Shown here piece after piece: positions 1 to 12,759 of a stretch of 64,000 nucleotides of DNA. Where the stretch lies: assembly GCA_013265495.1 (NCBI GenBank), contig MU058065.1, positions 3,327,003-3,391,002 of the forward strand, read 5' to 3'. A program made the translations under genes and the position numbers. Numbering within the stretch: position 1 is the stretch's first letter; each line of letters begins with the position of its first letter. Under the pieces are notes generated by a model, which made no database searches, was not told the DNA's origin, and worked only from the letters and a program-made list of their open reading frames with translations. The stretch comes from Vicugna vicugna. Taxonomy: Eukaryota.

Positions 1-904
1 CCAGGAAGGATTCTGTTCACCTATTCCATTGATCCACTTTCATAGGCAGATGACAGTATGTGAGGAAGCAAAAAAGCTGAAGATGGGCAGAGGGCTTGTC
101 CCAAGTCACTGTGGCCCAGGAGAGAGCAGGACACTCAGAGGACCCCAGGTGAAGTGGGGTGGCAGCAGCCAGTTGGGTGCATGGATCAGAGAGGCTAGAA
201 ATGGCACCTGGCACCCCGAACAAACAAGGAGGAGTGGATCCCTGTTCAGTACGCAGCCGACAGAGACCAGGACTCAAAGGAAAGCAGCTTCTTGCCTGTG
301 ACCTCGCAGCTCTGTCCCCGCCCTTCACGCCTCACAGCAAGGTTCACAGCGCTCTTCCCCCCCAAGCAGACACAGTCTAATGCGATCATTGCGACCAGAA
401 AGCCACCCTGTTCAAGGAACGCAGTTTTACATGACGCCACTCTTTCTCTCACACCAACATTCCAGTTTTGGAAATGAGACTCAGTGCCAGGCAAGGTCAC
501 AGCTGAAAAGGAACACCTGACATCCAGCCTCCAGGATCACGCCCATCTTTTCTGACTCTCCAGAACCCAGGGGAGCTTGTGGCCATGCTTAAGCCAGGCC
601 ACGATTCCCGCCAGCCCAGGACTGGTCCGAAGTCCATGTAACAGACAGGGCAGGGGCCCTGAAACAACAGGACTGTGGGTTTAGTCTGGCTTCCCCTGAA
701 GCATGACCCTTACACACTAGTGGTCCCTACAAGACAGTTTTTCCTTCCAGACAGCAGCAACACTTATCTGAGACAGCAGCAAAGCGACATGTGACTTACG
801 GATTTTTTTTTTTAAAGAAAAACACGTTATCAAGACTTTCTCACCCAACAAATTTTGATGTCTTGTGCTCATGTCCAATGAGCTAATGTCCAACCATCTG
901 AGGC
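1..904 (-). other. SGPP2: SGPP2 3' UTR (partial; probably continues beyond the window)
   Basis: immediately downstream of the stop codon; no AATAAA noticed on the minus strand in this stretch. Confidence 0.75.
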
Positions 905-1456
905 TCAAAGTAACCCCAGAAACCTGTGTAGCATTGGCACAAAGGTTGTCGCACAGATGCCAACCGACGTATAGGTGACGAACTTGTAAGGCACTTCGAT
1001 CTCCAGTCTCCGCCGGGCCTCCTTGTTCCTGGTGACCACCTTGAACCAGGAGTATAACACTTGCAGCGAGAGAGTTCGTGCCAGCTGACGAACCAGGAGG
1101 GTCAACGCGATTCCCACAACGAATCTGGCCAGACTCGAAACTAACACGTCCATGGTGAGCGGTGGGATGTTCTGAACAACAGGGAGCGATTCCGCGGGCT
1201 CGGACACCAGCTGGAAAAAGTGATTGATCCAGAATCCTATGATCATCCCAGCCCCGGAGGCCAGGATGGTGGTGGTGTCTGCTCTGGTGGGGCTGTAGCA
1301 CTCAGACATGGGGTAATTGTAACTCAAGAAGAAGAGCACCACTATGGCGCATACAGGGAAGAGGGGGCTGGCCGAGTCCAGGCGGTCGATTAGGGTCCAG
1401 GCAGGGTAGGTGAGGACAATGAGGACCGCGGTCATCAGGACGCCACCCAGCACATC
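905..1456 (-). CDS. SGPP2: SGPP2 last exon (exon 5) coding part, 183 aa plus TGA
   Basis: pyrimidine tract + gcAG|GATGTGCTGGGT; DVLGG...EIEVPYKFVTYTSVGICATTFVPMLHRFLGLL*; completes motif C3 (H-TVL-D). Confidence 0.97.
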   Translation of the reverse strand, partial: DVLGGVLMTAVLIVLTYPAWTLIDRLDSASPLFPVCAIVVLFFLSYNYPMSECYSPTRADTTTILASGAGMIIGFWINHFFQLVSEPAESLPVVQNIPPLTMDVLVSSLARFVVGIALTLLVRQLARTLSLQVLYSWFKVVTRNKEARRRLEIEVPYKFVTYTSVGICATTFVPMLHRFLGLL

Positions 1457-1689
1457 CTGCAGGAAGGAGAGGAAAGGACATAAACCGGCAAGCGCTCCCC
1501 TGTATACACGTAAAATTTTGAGTCAAATACGGTTGATTTGACATTTAAAATACAATTTTTACATGGTTTTATTTTATAACATGTTTGAAAAATGCAAAGA
1601 TTTAAAAATTTGAATATAGGAAAAATACAAACAGCAATCATGCTATTCATGTCATGTATTTTCTCATTTTATTCCAGCTTGATGTGTGG

Positions 1690-1940
1690 TTCAGATGACA
1701 TTTTCTAAAAGACAAGACTGCTGGGACGGGGACTAGAGCAGTGTTGCCAGGGTCTGGGGGGTGGGCAGGGGAGGGTGTGACTGCCAAGAACATGAAGGAA
1801 TTTTGGGGGTGATAAGACAGTTCTGAACGGTAGTGGCGGTTACTCAAAGCTATCTGTGTCAAAATCCATAGAACTATACACCCAAAATGAGATCAATTTT
1901 ACTGTTTGTTAACTAAACAAAAAAAAATTAAAAATTACAT
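1690..1940 (+). mobile_element. Old L1 (L1M-type) 3' end fragment
   Basis: typical L1M 3' UTR wording: 'gtcaaaatccatagaactatacacccaaaatgag...aattttactgtttgttaact' plus A-rich tail. Confidence 0.6.
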
Positions 1941-1944
1941 TTTA

Positions 1945-2095
1945 TATATTCCGTACCTTGTAGTAACCTATAATGAAAAATAATATGAAAACAAATATAT
2001 GTATGTACATGTATGACTGAAACATTATGCTGTGCACCAGAAATTGACACCACATTGTAAACTGACTATACTCCAATTTAAAAAAATACATTTTA
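1945..2095 (+). mobile_element. Young lineage L1 3' terminal fragment
   Basis: 'ttgtagtaacctataatgaaaaa...tgctgtgcaccagaaattgacaccacattgtaaactgactatactccaatt' plus polyA; the same motif recurs at several places in the window. Confidence 0.8.
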
Positions 2096-2264
2096 AACAA
2101 AAATAAAAAGCTGGTGGGCTGTCTCGATTTTACTAAATAACAGTGTTGAGCGTGCTGCATGTAAGGCACTGCTCTGGACGCAGAGGTTCCCAGGGTGCCC
2201 CTGGCCTCCTTCCATCCTCCCACCCAAACAGCCGAGAACGTACCCCACACAAAATGCAGAAGTT

Positions 2265-2820
2265 GGACAACATTCTGTTGATGAAATGGTAGGTGGGGAA
2301 AAGGGACTCTTGTCCATTAATCATAAGAATGCAAAATGGTGCAACCCCTGTGGGGAGGAACTTGGCGATATTTTAAAAAACGACACGTTCGCTTAACCTC
2401 TGACCCCCAATCCCCCTCTAGGACTTGACCATGGAGATACAGCTGCCTGTGTCTGTAATGAAGTGTCTACACGCTGTCCATTGTAGTATCATTTGTAATA
2501 GGAAGAGACTGGAAAAATGCCAAGTTCTACCTCTGCAGACCATTTGAATCCAGCTGTGGGATATTCACACCATGTAACAAGGAAGAGCAAGCTCCGATGT
2601 GGAGTTTGAAAAGACATGGTCCAGAACAGTGGGTAGAGTGTACCACCATCTTCCATTTAAAAAAAAAAGGCGAATGGGTACATGGACACATTTTTACTTG
2701 AATACACAAACAGGCTCATTTGAGTGGCAAGGGGTGGAGTTGGGAAGGATACTTTACAGGACACCCTCTTTAGAATTTCATTTCATATAAATATACTGCC
2801 GCCTTAAAAAATCTGAGTAA
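2265..2820 (+). mobile_element. Old L1ME-like fragment
   Basis: 'aatgcaaaatggtgcaacccctgtgggg', 'tgacccccaatccccctctagga', 'tgtgggatattcacaccatg'. Confidence 0.55.
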
Positions 2821-4069
2821 AATAATTTAGTCTCTCCTCTTCCAAACAGGATCTGCCTTTCAATCCCCATGTGAAGCGGGGATCCCAGGTGAGCCCAGCT
2901 GTGTCCTCTGCAGAGGGTTGAGCATAGATGGCAATGGAGGTGGGGGTGGTGGTAAAACATCACCCGCCGAGGGCTGAGGGCATCTTGTCTGTGTGTCAAG
3001 GAGCACACGTGTTGAGGGGGGATGAGGGCCAGGCACAGCACACTTATTGCCTCACACAGGTTTTTACTTTCTCAGTGGGGAGAGGAGATTCTGCTACTCA
3101 GATTCTGTCTCCTGACAGTCCCACTGAACTCATGCCTGAAGTCTGAGGGAGTCAGAGAAGATGGAAGAGTCATTTTGCCTCTATGGATAAAACACAGAGC
3201 TCAAGAATGTTGCTTTGATACCCCTGGGGCTGAGGGCTCTCCAAAGGGGAGGATCCACTCTTCCTCAGACCTCTAGGCTACGGTGCCCCGCGCGGACACT
3301 TTGTGATTCCACCTGGCCGGACAAAGGTAGAGCATCTGTATCATTCACTGTGGCCCTTGAATTAGATTGATGGGCACAGATCTGCTTTGCCTGGTTGGGT
3401 GGCTGAAGAGATGCTGGTGACACACAGACCAGCAGGGGAGGATGCTGACGGGGCAGGGACCGCAGAACCCAGAGCAATAACACCCTCTCCTAGACCACCT
3501 TGGTGGGGCATTTACTGCTAAAATCAGGGAGCTGCTGGGCCTGGAGGGCAGTGGGCAAGACCAAGGTGCTGAAAGGACAGGCCGGGCAGGGAGCAAGGAA
3601 CCCAGCAAAGCCATCTTGACACCACGTCATCTGACAGGGCAGCAGCGGTGCTACAGGGGCTCAGACTGGCTCACGGGCGCACGTGAGTCTGCCTTTGCAA
3701 AGTCCAGAAACTTTTTGTGCGGGTGTTTCTGTTAGAGGTATGGGTTAAACACAGTTTTGCAGAGGGTGAGAGGTTCCAAGCGGTCCTGTAGGTGCTCAGG
3801 GAAATGCATGTGTTATACATGTTTCTGCTGGTGGCCCCACCCCAGGCTCCCTGGCCACAGAAGCTTAGAGCCCTAATGAGCGCTTCTCCGTCTCACCACC
3901 CCTAACCCCCAGCAGTGACTACATTCCACACACTTCTCCTCCTCTGTCCAAAGGCCCCTGCCCCATCACCTCCGAGTACCCACCTTCCCACCCAGACCTT
4001 CATTTCCCCACCCGCCTGCCATTCCCGTATCCAAAGCATTCACTGAGCCCCTCCCGGGTTGTTGTATCA

Positions 4070-4265
4070 AGAGCAACTGCTCCCCAGTTTTAGTGTGCGT
4101 TGGAATCACTTCGGAAGCATATTAAGATGCAGGTTTCAGAGGACTGCCCTCTGATTCTGATCTGCAGCGTGGCCCAGAAGTCTGCATTTTAATGCCCCAA
4201 CGTGATGCTGACATAGTGAGTCTTCAAAGCAACACCAAAAAACCTCTGAGAAATACTAGCCTCTA
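4070..4265. mobile_element. MER5A-like hAT MITE
   Basis: 'ttggaatcac...gatgcagg...ggcccagaagtctgcattttaatg...gtgatgctgac...ctctgagaaatactagcctctag'. Confidence 0.65.
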
Positions 4266-6212
4266 GAGTGGGAGTCAGAATCCTGCACGATACAGGTTTA
4301 ATTAACCTATCATTCCAGAATTTTCTCTCACTACTTTGCCATTTGAACTTACCACACCATTCAGCGAGGTCTACTTGCTTTTCTCAAACACGCCCAGTAT
4401 GATTTTATCATAGTCTCGCATTCCTTTTATGTACAGCACATTTCAACAACTTCTATCAAGATTTTACCAGCTCATCTAAGGCTCCCCTCGAAAGCAACTT
4501 CCTTTCCAAAATATCTTCCTGTATCGCCACAGTTGGAAATAACCAATTCCTGAACTGAACTCGAAGGCACTTGCTGAACAGCACTCAGAAAGCCCCTTTC
4601 TTAAATCGCCTTTGCTGCAGTGACATGTTCACGTGCTTTTCTCCTGAGTTGAATATAAAAGTCTGATGGGCAAGGATCTTAGCATTATTCCTTAGCACAG
4701 CGCCTAACATAGAGCAGGTATCCAGTTATAGATTAGGAGGACTTAATGCTTTTCCCTTATCCAGAATAGCCATGATATTTAAAACTCATTGTTTCAACAC
4801 ATAAAAGAAAATTTGCCTTCCTTCCCTCTGTCTCCCTTTGTAACCACAGTTACCAAGTTCCTAGACATCTGGCAGGAATCTTTCTCATAAACGAATTCTG
4901 TCCATTTTCAGTGCATCAGGAGACCAGACTATTTTGGTTCACAGCCCTAGCACTTGAGACTAAAGTAAATTTGGCCAACACGACTGCCTCTGTAGAGTTT
5001 TTTCCTTTTCCCCACACAACTGGATTTTTAGCCATAAAAGGTGAAATTGTAATGAAGACAATTTAGGTATTTTGGGAAGAAAAATGCTTGAAACATCTCG
5101 TATGAACTTTCTATTTTAGGGCTCCACATTTCTAATGATAAAATTATTCTAAAGAGCTTCTAAAAAATAAGGACCAGAATGCTTGAAAATTCAAGGACAG
5201 CTTTAAACATTAATTTTTCTCAAGCTACTAAATGCACAGAAACTATAAAAACTCACAAAATCTCTATCTCAGGATTGAATCTGCTGCTCTGGTTTTGGCA
5301 AATTCTGAACAAGGAGGTGACTGCTTTGGAACTGCACAGTTGCATGTTTGGCACACTACGTGGGGCCAGAAGGAGAAGAGTTCTCTGGGATGGCGAAGGT
5401 GAGCTGTGGGGCAGAGGACCATGTACAGAGCACAGATGCAGAAGCGGGGAGCCGCTAGCCAGCCCTGGGATAATTCTGTCCAGAAAAGGTGGATTTTGGG
5501 GTGGACGCAGAGAGGAGAGAGGGAAGAGTATCTGTGGTTTATAGAGAGATAGAAACTGTATGGAAGATGGGTAAAAGATAGGGGTGCGAAAAGCATGATA
5601 CGGAAAAGTTGTGAGGGCAAAGATGGCTAAACACATGTTCTTTATTTTGCAAAGTAAAGTTACTTTGTTACTTTGCAAAAAACACATTCAAAATTCCTTT
5701 CCAAGAAGAAAGTAATTAGACTACAAAGTGTACAAAATATTCACCACTTAGACACCAATTATTCCACTCCTAGGAATGTATTCTAAGAAAATCAATCAGA
5801 GAAAGAGCTGCTCCAAAGGTTTACAGACAGGGATGGTTCTTACTGAGTTGTTTCAATTTATACACATGCTCCACCACAGAACAAGCAGGGAACACAAACA
5901 AGCAAAAAGAGCATGAAGAATGGAACATACATCATAATAAGAAAGAATCTGGGAAGACATAAATCAAGCATGTTATAATGTTGTTTACACCACAAATGAG
6001 ACAGAAATACATACTGCTTTCTAATTTAATAATATAGCAGGAACATTTTTCACCTGAACAATACATTTCTGCAACATCTTTATGGTTTCAAAGTATCCAT
6101 AAGTGAGGTAATATTATGCAGAATACAAATTCTACATAAAGGATGATCCTAATTTTATAGAAACACGTACTTGCACGCATGGATAAAATACCAGAAGGAA
6201 ATAAACTATATG

Positions 6213-6495
6213 TTTTAATTGAAGTATAGTTGATTTATAATGTGTTAGTTTCTGGTGCACAGCACAGTGATTCAGTTATAAATATACATATATATTTTTC
6301 ATATTCTTTTTCATTTTATAGGTTATAACAAGATACTGAATGTAAGTTCCTTGTGCTGTACAGTAGAACCTTGCTGTTTATCTATTTTATGTATAGTAGT
6401 TTGTATCTGCTAATCCCAAACTCCTAATTTATCCCTCCCCACTTCCTTTCCCCTTTGGTAAACCTACATGTTTTCTTGTCTGTGGGTCTCTGTTT
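6213..6495 (-). mobile_element. Young lineage L1 3' fragment
   Basis: 'ttttaattgaagtatagttgatttataatgtgttagtttctggtg...' is the reverse complement of the L1 tail seen at 16459-17015. Confidence 0.85.
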
Positions 6496-7647
6496 TAGAG
6501 TTAAATTAAAATATTAAAAGTAGGTTTTTTTTTTTTTTTTTTTTGCTGTTTGGCTATCACAGATGATGGTCCTCTCCCCCAAGCTTTGCAAATATTTTCT
6601 AAATTTTCTAGTCAACACCTACTACTTTTAGTAGAATAAAAACATAATCAAGGCAAAGAACAAGGATATTAAAATCAGAATGTTTCAAAATAGGCAAAAA
6701 TAGAAATAATTAACTGCTGCTTATAAATTTTCATGTCATGTCAAAAAAAAAGAAATGCCCCTAAGGATCTATATGATAATCAAGATACCATTCTTCTATG
6801 ACATAAGTAACATTGAAAATAAAAGCATTGCCCTATAGATCACACTGAAAAATAATAAACCTTTGATTTAATTTACCATCAAAGTTTAAATGAAGACTTT
6901 TAAATTATTTGGGAAAAAATCATTACGTGAAACTAACATTTTCTAAAGTTAAAATGCAGAAGAATTAAATCCCTTTGATTTTTGTACGTATTCTCATTTT
7001 CATATATGTTATAAAAGTCAGCATATCGATAAAAGCTTGAACTTTCTTACACCTCATTACAGAAAACAGTAATAAGACAGGCAACCTAAAGTGTTTAGGA
7101 AAGAATCCAAGAGCGCTGTCCCAAGCATCAGAACAAACTTTAGTGAGTGCTTACATAAACACATAAAATAGTGGTTTTATCCTAAGCCAAACAGAAACAC
7201 TCTTCCTTTTAGTAAACATCTCTAGATATTTCAACAGCAAGCCCTAACCCTGAGAACGCCTGGCGGTGGTGAATTCTGACCCTACCTCACATTCCCATAT
7301 GCGGTTTCCTGCGACAAATTTACATTCTATCTCCAAACATCTTCACTGAAGAATGCTATTGAGCAGACCAACACAACACAAGGTTAGCTCACTAGAAAGA
7401 AGGGGAGAACAAACGCATTCATTCGATTGTCAGGAAAGAATGCATTCAGATCTTGGAGCTATTTATGCCGAGAACTCTATGATTCTGGCATCTTCCCCTC
7501 TGCCAGGTCCCCCGCTAAGCATGTGAGGGCCTTCTCTGCCCTTGGCTGCCTTCACAGAGCAAGCTGAAGCCAGGAGCAGAGTAAAAGCCAAGACCCACTT
7601 CTTTGTAGATGCACTGAATGCTCTGAATGCAAGCAGACCCTGACATT

Positions 7648-7680
7648 ACAACAACAACAACAACAACAACAACAAAAAAA
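7648..7680 (+). repeat. (AAC)n microsatellite
   Basis: direct reading. Confidence 0.9.
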
Positions 7681-9621
7681 ACCCACCTCAAAACCCTACA
7701 ATTATTTTAGAAAATAGATTTTAGTTATAGAGCAATCAATATTTCCTAGTTAATACACTCAGAATATTTACTCTTTTCCATGCTAGTGCACAATTAATTC
7801 AATTTCTGAGAATAATGCCGATGAGATTCAATAGAAGCCAAATGGCAAGAGGGAGGCAACACTGTTCATGAATATGAATATAAATGATTACAGAGAGAAA
7901 CCTACGTGTTACATAATTAGCATGTGTATATGGGAGAAAGAGTGAACTCTTGCGCTCAAAATGTGAACTTCCTATTGAAACACACCAGTGTCCACAGGGA
8001 TCACCCAAAAGCAGGAAGCGGGTGTACCTTGCCACGTGGTGTGAGTGGAAGTGGCAGAACCTCCTGATACTCGTAGCTCAGAGAGCGGGTCCTCTGTCAT
8101 GACTGTTCTGAGCCACCTCAGATATCCTCACACAAACTGGGACTCAGGGTCACCAGGCGTGGAAACCTACCGTCGTACAGAGAAGGCTATGTAAAGCTAT
8201 TTGGAAAACTCACTGGACCCCAGCAGTAATTATAGGAGGTAGAAAAAAGTAGGCCAGCTTTCACCTTCTGCAGTTTTAGAATAAATGCCCACTTGGAAAA
8301 TGAGCATGTTTAAACCTTCTTTAGAAATTATGTTGAATAGGTGTATACATCTATCAAAATTCATCAAATTGTACACCTGACATATGTGCAGTTTACTGTA
8401 CAGGAATTATGCCACAAGAAAGTTGTTTAAAAAATGAAAAGAAAGTATGTTGATTTTTTAACAGAAAATGGTTTTCTGTAAGTGTACGAAAAATTGTATA
8501 ACACTTGGACATAAGGCAGAAAACCTCATTTCAATGTCTTGTGGGGGCAAATGTCACCCAGGACAGTAGAAGGAGTAAAGCTTTGTTCCTTCTGATACAT
8601 GTTCCTCAATGTTTCCTACAGATTAAGGGTCTTAGACTTTGTGAAGTGACAGGCTAGCTGATCATTTTTTTTTTGAGCAAAGATGCAAATAATTTCTGTT
8701 CAGTGGGAATGATAACCCCAAAGGTAACAATTTATTGTCCTATAAGACAGTTACCAGTTTTGTATATAACCTATCATAAAATAATTTCTTTATTAAACTG
8801 TCAGTATTTAGTTCTTTATATCTGACTAATTCCTTCATTAATTAATCAGTGGAACAAAATCTTTGACACATTTTATATTTGGACAAGAGTTATGATTTTA
8901 CCATTTAACATTTATACTCTAGAAAGTAGATCATTATTTCAATGTTTATTCATATGACAGATTATTTTGAATGAATGCATGTCCCATATAACAATTGCAT
9001 TTTTTATCTTGTTTTCCTTTGTACACACTCTATAAATGGCAACAGTTTGCTAAAGTAAATAAGGCAGGTGTTAATGTTTCTTAATGTGATGATATAATTA
9101 CTGCATGCTTTTCAGAATATCAATATTAACTAGAAATACTATACATTTCTAAACTCTAGTCCATATACAGCTTGATTTAGGAAACAATCACTTGCTTGTC
9201 TTGGCTTCACAGAATCTAACAAGTCCAAACAGTCGATCTTCATGAGACAAAGTCTCGCGACCCGTAATTTGCATTCACATGAACAGCTCTAACTACAAAG
9301 AATCTCAGGGCTTGGCAGGTCAACAGGATTATGACATTAGATCAAATAAGCATCACAGGCAGGTTACAACATCATCTCTGACAACTGCTAAGCAGCCTGC
9401 AAGAATGACAAGCACCGGGCAGGAGAACTTGCTAGAAGACACAAAAGACACTGTCAAACACTGAAGTGATTTTTCTCAAATCTAGGTGGGCAGAGGGGCC
9501 TCTGAGCAACAAGAGAATGAAAGAAAGTCATGTTCAAATGTAATCTAATTGCTGAACAGGCCCATGCAGGTTGAAATTTTCATGGCATCATCCCCATATT
9601 TGCTGGGATGCTGCGTAGACT

Positions 9622-9785
9622 GTTTCAGTGCCTTTCAAACTGTATCTTGCATGTGTCCACCGGGGGCTTGTTAAAACATAGAATCTAATTCAGTAGATCC
9701 AGGTGGGCCCGAGAGTCCACATTTCTAACAGGCTCCCAGGTGACGTGGAGGCTGCCGGTCAGGGGACCACACTGTGAGCGGCAAA
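9622..9785. mobile_element. MER5A-like hAT MITE
   Basis: 'gggcttgttaaaacataga...tctaattcagtag...catttctaacaggctcccaggtgacg...gggaccacactgtgag'. Confidence 0.75.
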
Positions 9786-10736
9786 GACCGTCTCACCCTC
9801 CTCACTCAGAGGCCAGCACGGGCTCCCCATGCTGAATATAGCAGGTCAGGGCTTCCTGAGTGCTTTCTTGAAACATACGTGAGAAAAATAAAACCTTCTG
9901 GATTATATGGGTACCGTATACTATATTCATACAGTACTCAGGTGAGTACTGTAAAAATACAAAAGTGATAGTACAGCTTTTGAAAGTCCTAAAGTGATAT
10001 TCTAACGAAGAAACATTTGAGTGTAGAGAGGTGCTAGAGAAAGACCTGAAAATTCTTTGTAGACTTGGTGACATGAGTGCTCACATTTAAAGGAAAAGGA
10101 AATCTGCCCCAGTCCTTTGCCCTTGACTCTGGGGAATTTGGCTCGAACCCTTAAATCCTGACTCCTTGTGCAAAAACAGAACTATCTGAAGGACTCCTTT
10201 GCAGCCTTTGTTTCACACTAGGAATGGGAGCTTATAGGAAAATCAAAAAAAACACAAAAAACAGCAGTCTGGCTCTGCAGTCTTCTAGGGATGTCAGATA
10301 CGGCCATGCGTTGTTTACCACGAGGCCGGACAATCTCAGTTTCAGAGACTGTCACTTCCCTGTCATTGTGTGTCAAGTGAGCAGAAGGTAACACCACGTC
10401 ACTTTATTAAAATGGAGAAATGAGATTCAAGATACAATGAGGCACAAGATCGTGGTGCTTGTGTGACCTTTTATTTTCACACGTGTGATGAGAACTTGGG
10501 GTGTGTGGTGTGGAAACCTAACTGTGCCATAAACCCGTGAGAATGAACTAATTTTATGGAGGTTTCAGGGTTGAAAAAAAATCAAATAAATGACAGCACT
10601 TACCGGAAGCCCTGTGTGCATTTCAAAACATGACACATGAAGTGTTTATTTCCTTTCCCAAGTGAGCATGTTTTAGGGAACATTCCCACAGACACACACA
10701 GACTCAGCAGTGTTTCATGATTAAAATGAAGTCCTA

Positions 10737-10783
10737 TGTCTGCCAGTCTGTTTCTTTTGTAGATGAGTTCATTAGTGTCCTCC

Positions 10784-10815
<32 letters not shown>

Positions 10816-10904
10816 AAGATTTCACATATGAGTGATATCATATTGTATTCTTCTTTCTCTTTCTGGCTTACTTCACTTAGAATGATGTCTACTTCAATTA
10901 AAAA
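10737..10904. mobile_element. 5'-inverted (twin-primed) short L1 insertion with 14-bp TSD
   Basis: TSD aaaatgaagtccta at 10723-10736 and 10905-10918; antisense L1 3' UTR followed by sense L1 terminus 'tacttcaattaaaa'. Confidence 0.8.
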
Positions 10905-11416
10905 AAAATGAAGTCCTAGACCTTTAGCTGATTTTCACAGCATAAGACGCTAAGCAGCTACTTCACTCCCCTACAGTTATCCCCTGTGCCCCAATTAGTG
11001 TTCACTCGATGACCAGCGGGGCACGCGTCGGTGATGGGCTCAATCCTCAGGCAGGCGTGTGGTTGTGACGGACATGCTGTCCATTTCCCCTCATGGCATC
11101 TATGATGCTGCTCCTTCTCTCCACAGGCAACTTGGCCCAGCTCGACTCTCCAGACCCTTCACAGTGAATTTCTCATTTTGAAATAGCACCACAAAGAAGA
11201 AGGATGGATATTAATTCTGTGGAGAACCTGGTCCCCTTTCTCAATCAGATTTGGAGGGACTGTCACAGCAACTATGAAGAGGAATTTTGGAAATCAGTGG
11301 TTTGTGAATTTTTAAATTGATTCCCAAACAATAAAAGGACCAAAGACAAAAGGTCTTTGAAACCCATGTATTTGTTTTATTGCCAAAACCCATATTAAAC
11401 GTTGGTCAGTTAAAAA

Positions 11417-11499
11417 CAAGAAAGAAAGAAAGAAAAGAAAGAAAGAGAGAAAGAAAGAGAGAAAGAAAGGAAGAAAGAAAGAAAGAGAGAAAGCGAGAG

Positions 11500-11530
<31 letters not shown>

Positions 11531-11646
11531 GAGAAAGAAAGAGAGAAAGAAAGAAAGAAAAGAGAGAAAGAAAGAGAGAAAGAAAGAAAGAAAAGAAAGA
11601 AGGAAGGAAGGAAGGAAGGAAGAAAGGAAAGGAAGGAAGGAAGAAA
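11417..11646 (+). repeat. Compound polypurine microsatellite (GAAA/GAGA/GGAA)
   Basis: about 230 nt of almost only A/G. Confidence 0.95.
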
Positions 11647-12209
11647 CAGTGTAAGGGAATAAATAAGAAATGCAAGTACCCAGTTGAAGAAGAAGAGTTA
11701 CTATTCATCAAAGTCTAGAATCTTCCTTCTCTTCTAGGAACTCCTCATGTAAATAATAATGGAGCTCAAATATTTTTCATTTGTTCATGCAATAGCTATC
11801 ATGTGCTATTATTTTCAATTGGTTATTACACACCAAGAAATATATTAGGATAGAGGAAGAATAAGACACAGTTTCTGTCCATTAAACAAAAATGACTTAT
11901 TGCTTTGTCAGAAACAATTCAGGCTCATTATTACACATGCAGTTCAGAGCTTTCTCTCCATAACGAACTCCCCTTCCCACATACATAATTTTGCAGCTAA
12001 TGGCACTACACTATGCTACACAAGCTGTTCTGTAAACTGCCTTTTTCTTTGACAATATGTCATACACATCTTTTCATGACTACACAACTCCATTATTTTA
12101 ATGGCTGTATCACATTCCACTCCATGGAAACAACGTACTTAACTACCTCCGATTGATGGACATTTAGGGTATTCACACTGTTCGCTATTAAATGCACTAA
12201 AGAACACCC

Positions 12210-12480
12210 TGGAAGGGCAGTAGAGAATGGTAATTAAAAGCATGGATTCTCAAGTCAGACTGCTTGGTTTTAAGTAAGTTTCAGCTCAGTCTCTTACCAA
12301 CTATATAATCTTTGTCAGGTTAACTTAACCTCTCTGCGCCTCATCTTGTAAGACTGGGATAATAGTACGTCCCTCACAGGGTCACTGTGAACTACCCCGA
12401 TGAGGTAGCTAATCCATGTAAAGTGCTTAGAATGGTGCCTAGCAGATCATAAGTGCTTTACAAATGTTTGCTACCATTAT
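12210..12480 (+). mobile_element. MIR SINE
   Basis: core 'aacttaacctctctgcgcctcatcttgtaaga...gggataatagtac...gtaaagtgcttagaatggtgcctagca...taagtgct'. Confidence 0.8.
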
Positions 12481-12759
12481 TTTTACTTTTACACTTGTGT
12501 GATTCTATGCTTTAGAGAAATGGGCTAAAGAGCCTCGAAGGCTATGAATGTATAGTTTAGATCTTAATACATTCTGCAAAGTGCCCTCCAAAAAGCTAAT
12601 ACCAATGGATTATCCATAACTTTTAAAATAGCCATCCTCACTTGGCAGGTATGAGATCTGGAAACTGCCAGTCTGACCAACCTGGCTACCCTGATTTAGT
12701 GCACACTGTGGGCAAGTGGAAGCGGCAAGAATCCGGTTCAGGAACCCTGGAGGAAATGA

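Noticed and set aside
717..1301. 194-aa ORF overlapping SGPP2 exon 5 in another frame
   Set aside because: Shadow frame of a GC-rich coding exon, non-ATG start, no recognisable protein.
11380..11718. Lys/Arg/Glu-rich ORF and its Phe/Leu/Ser-rich antisense ORF
   Set aside because: Translations of the purine microsatellite.
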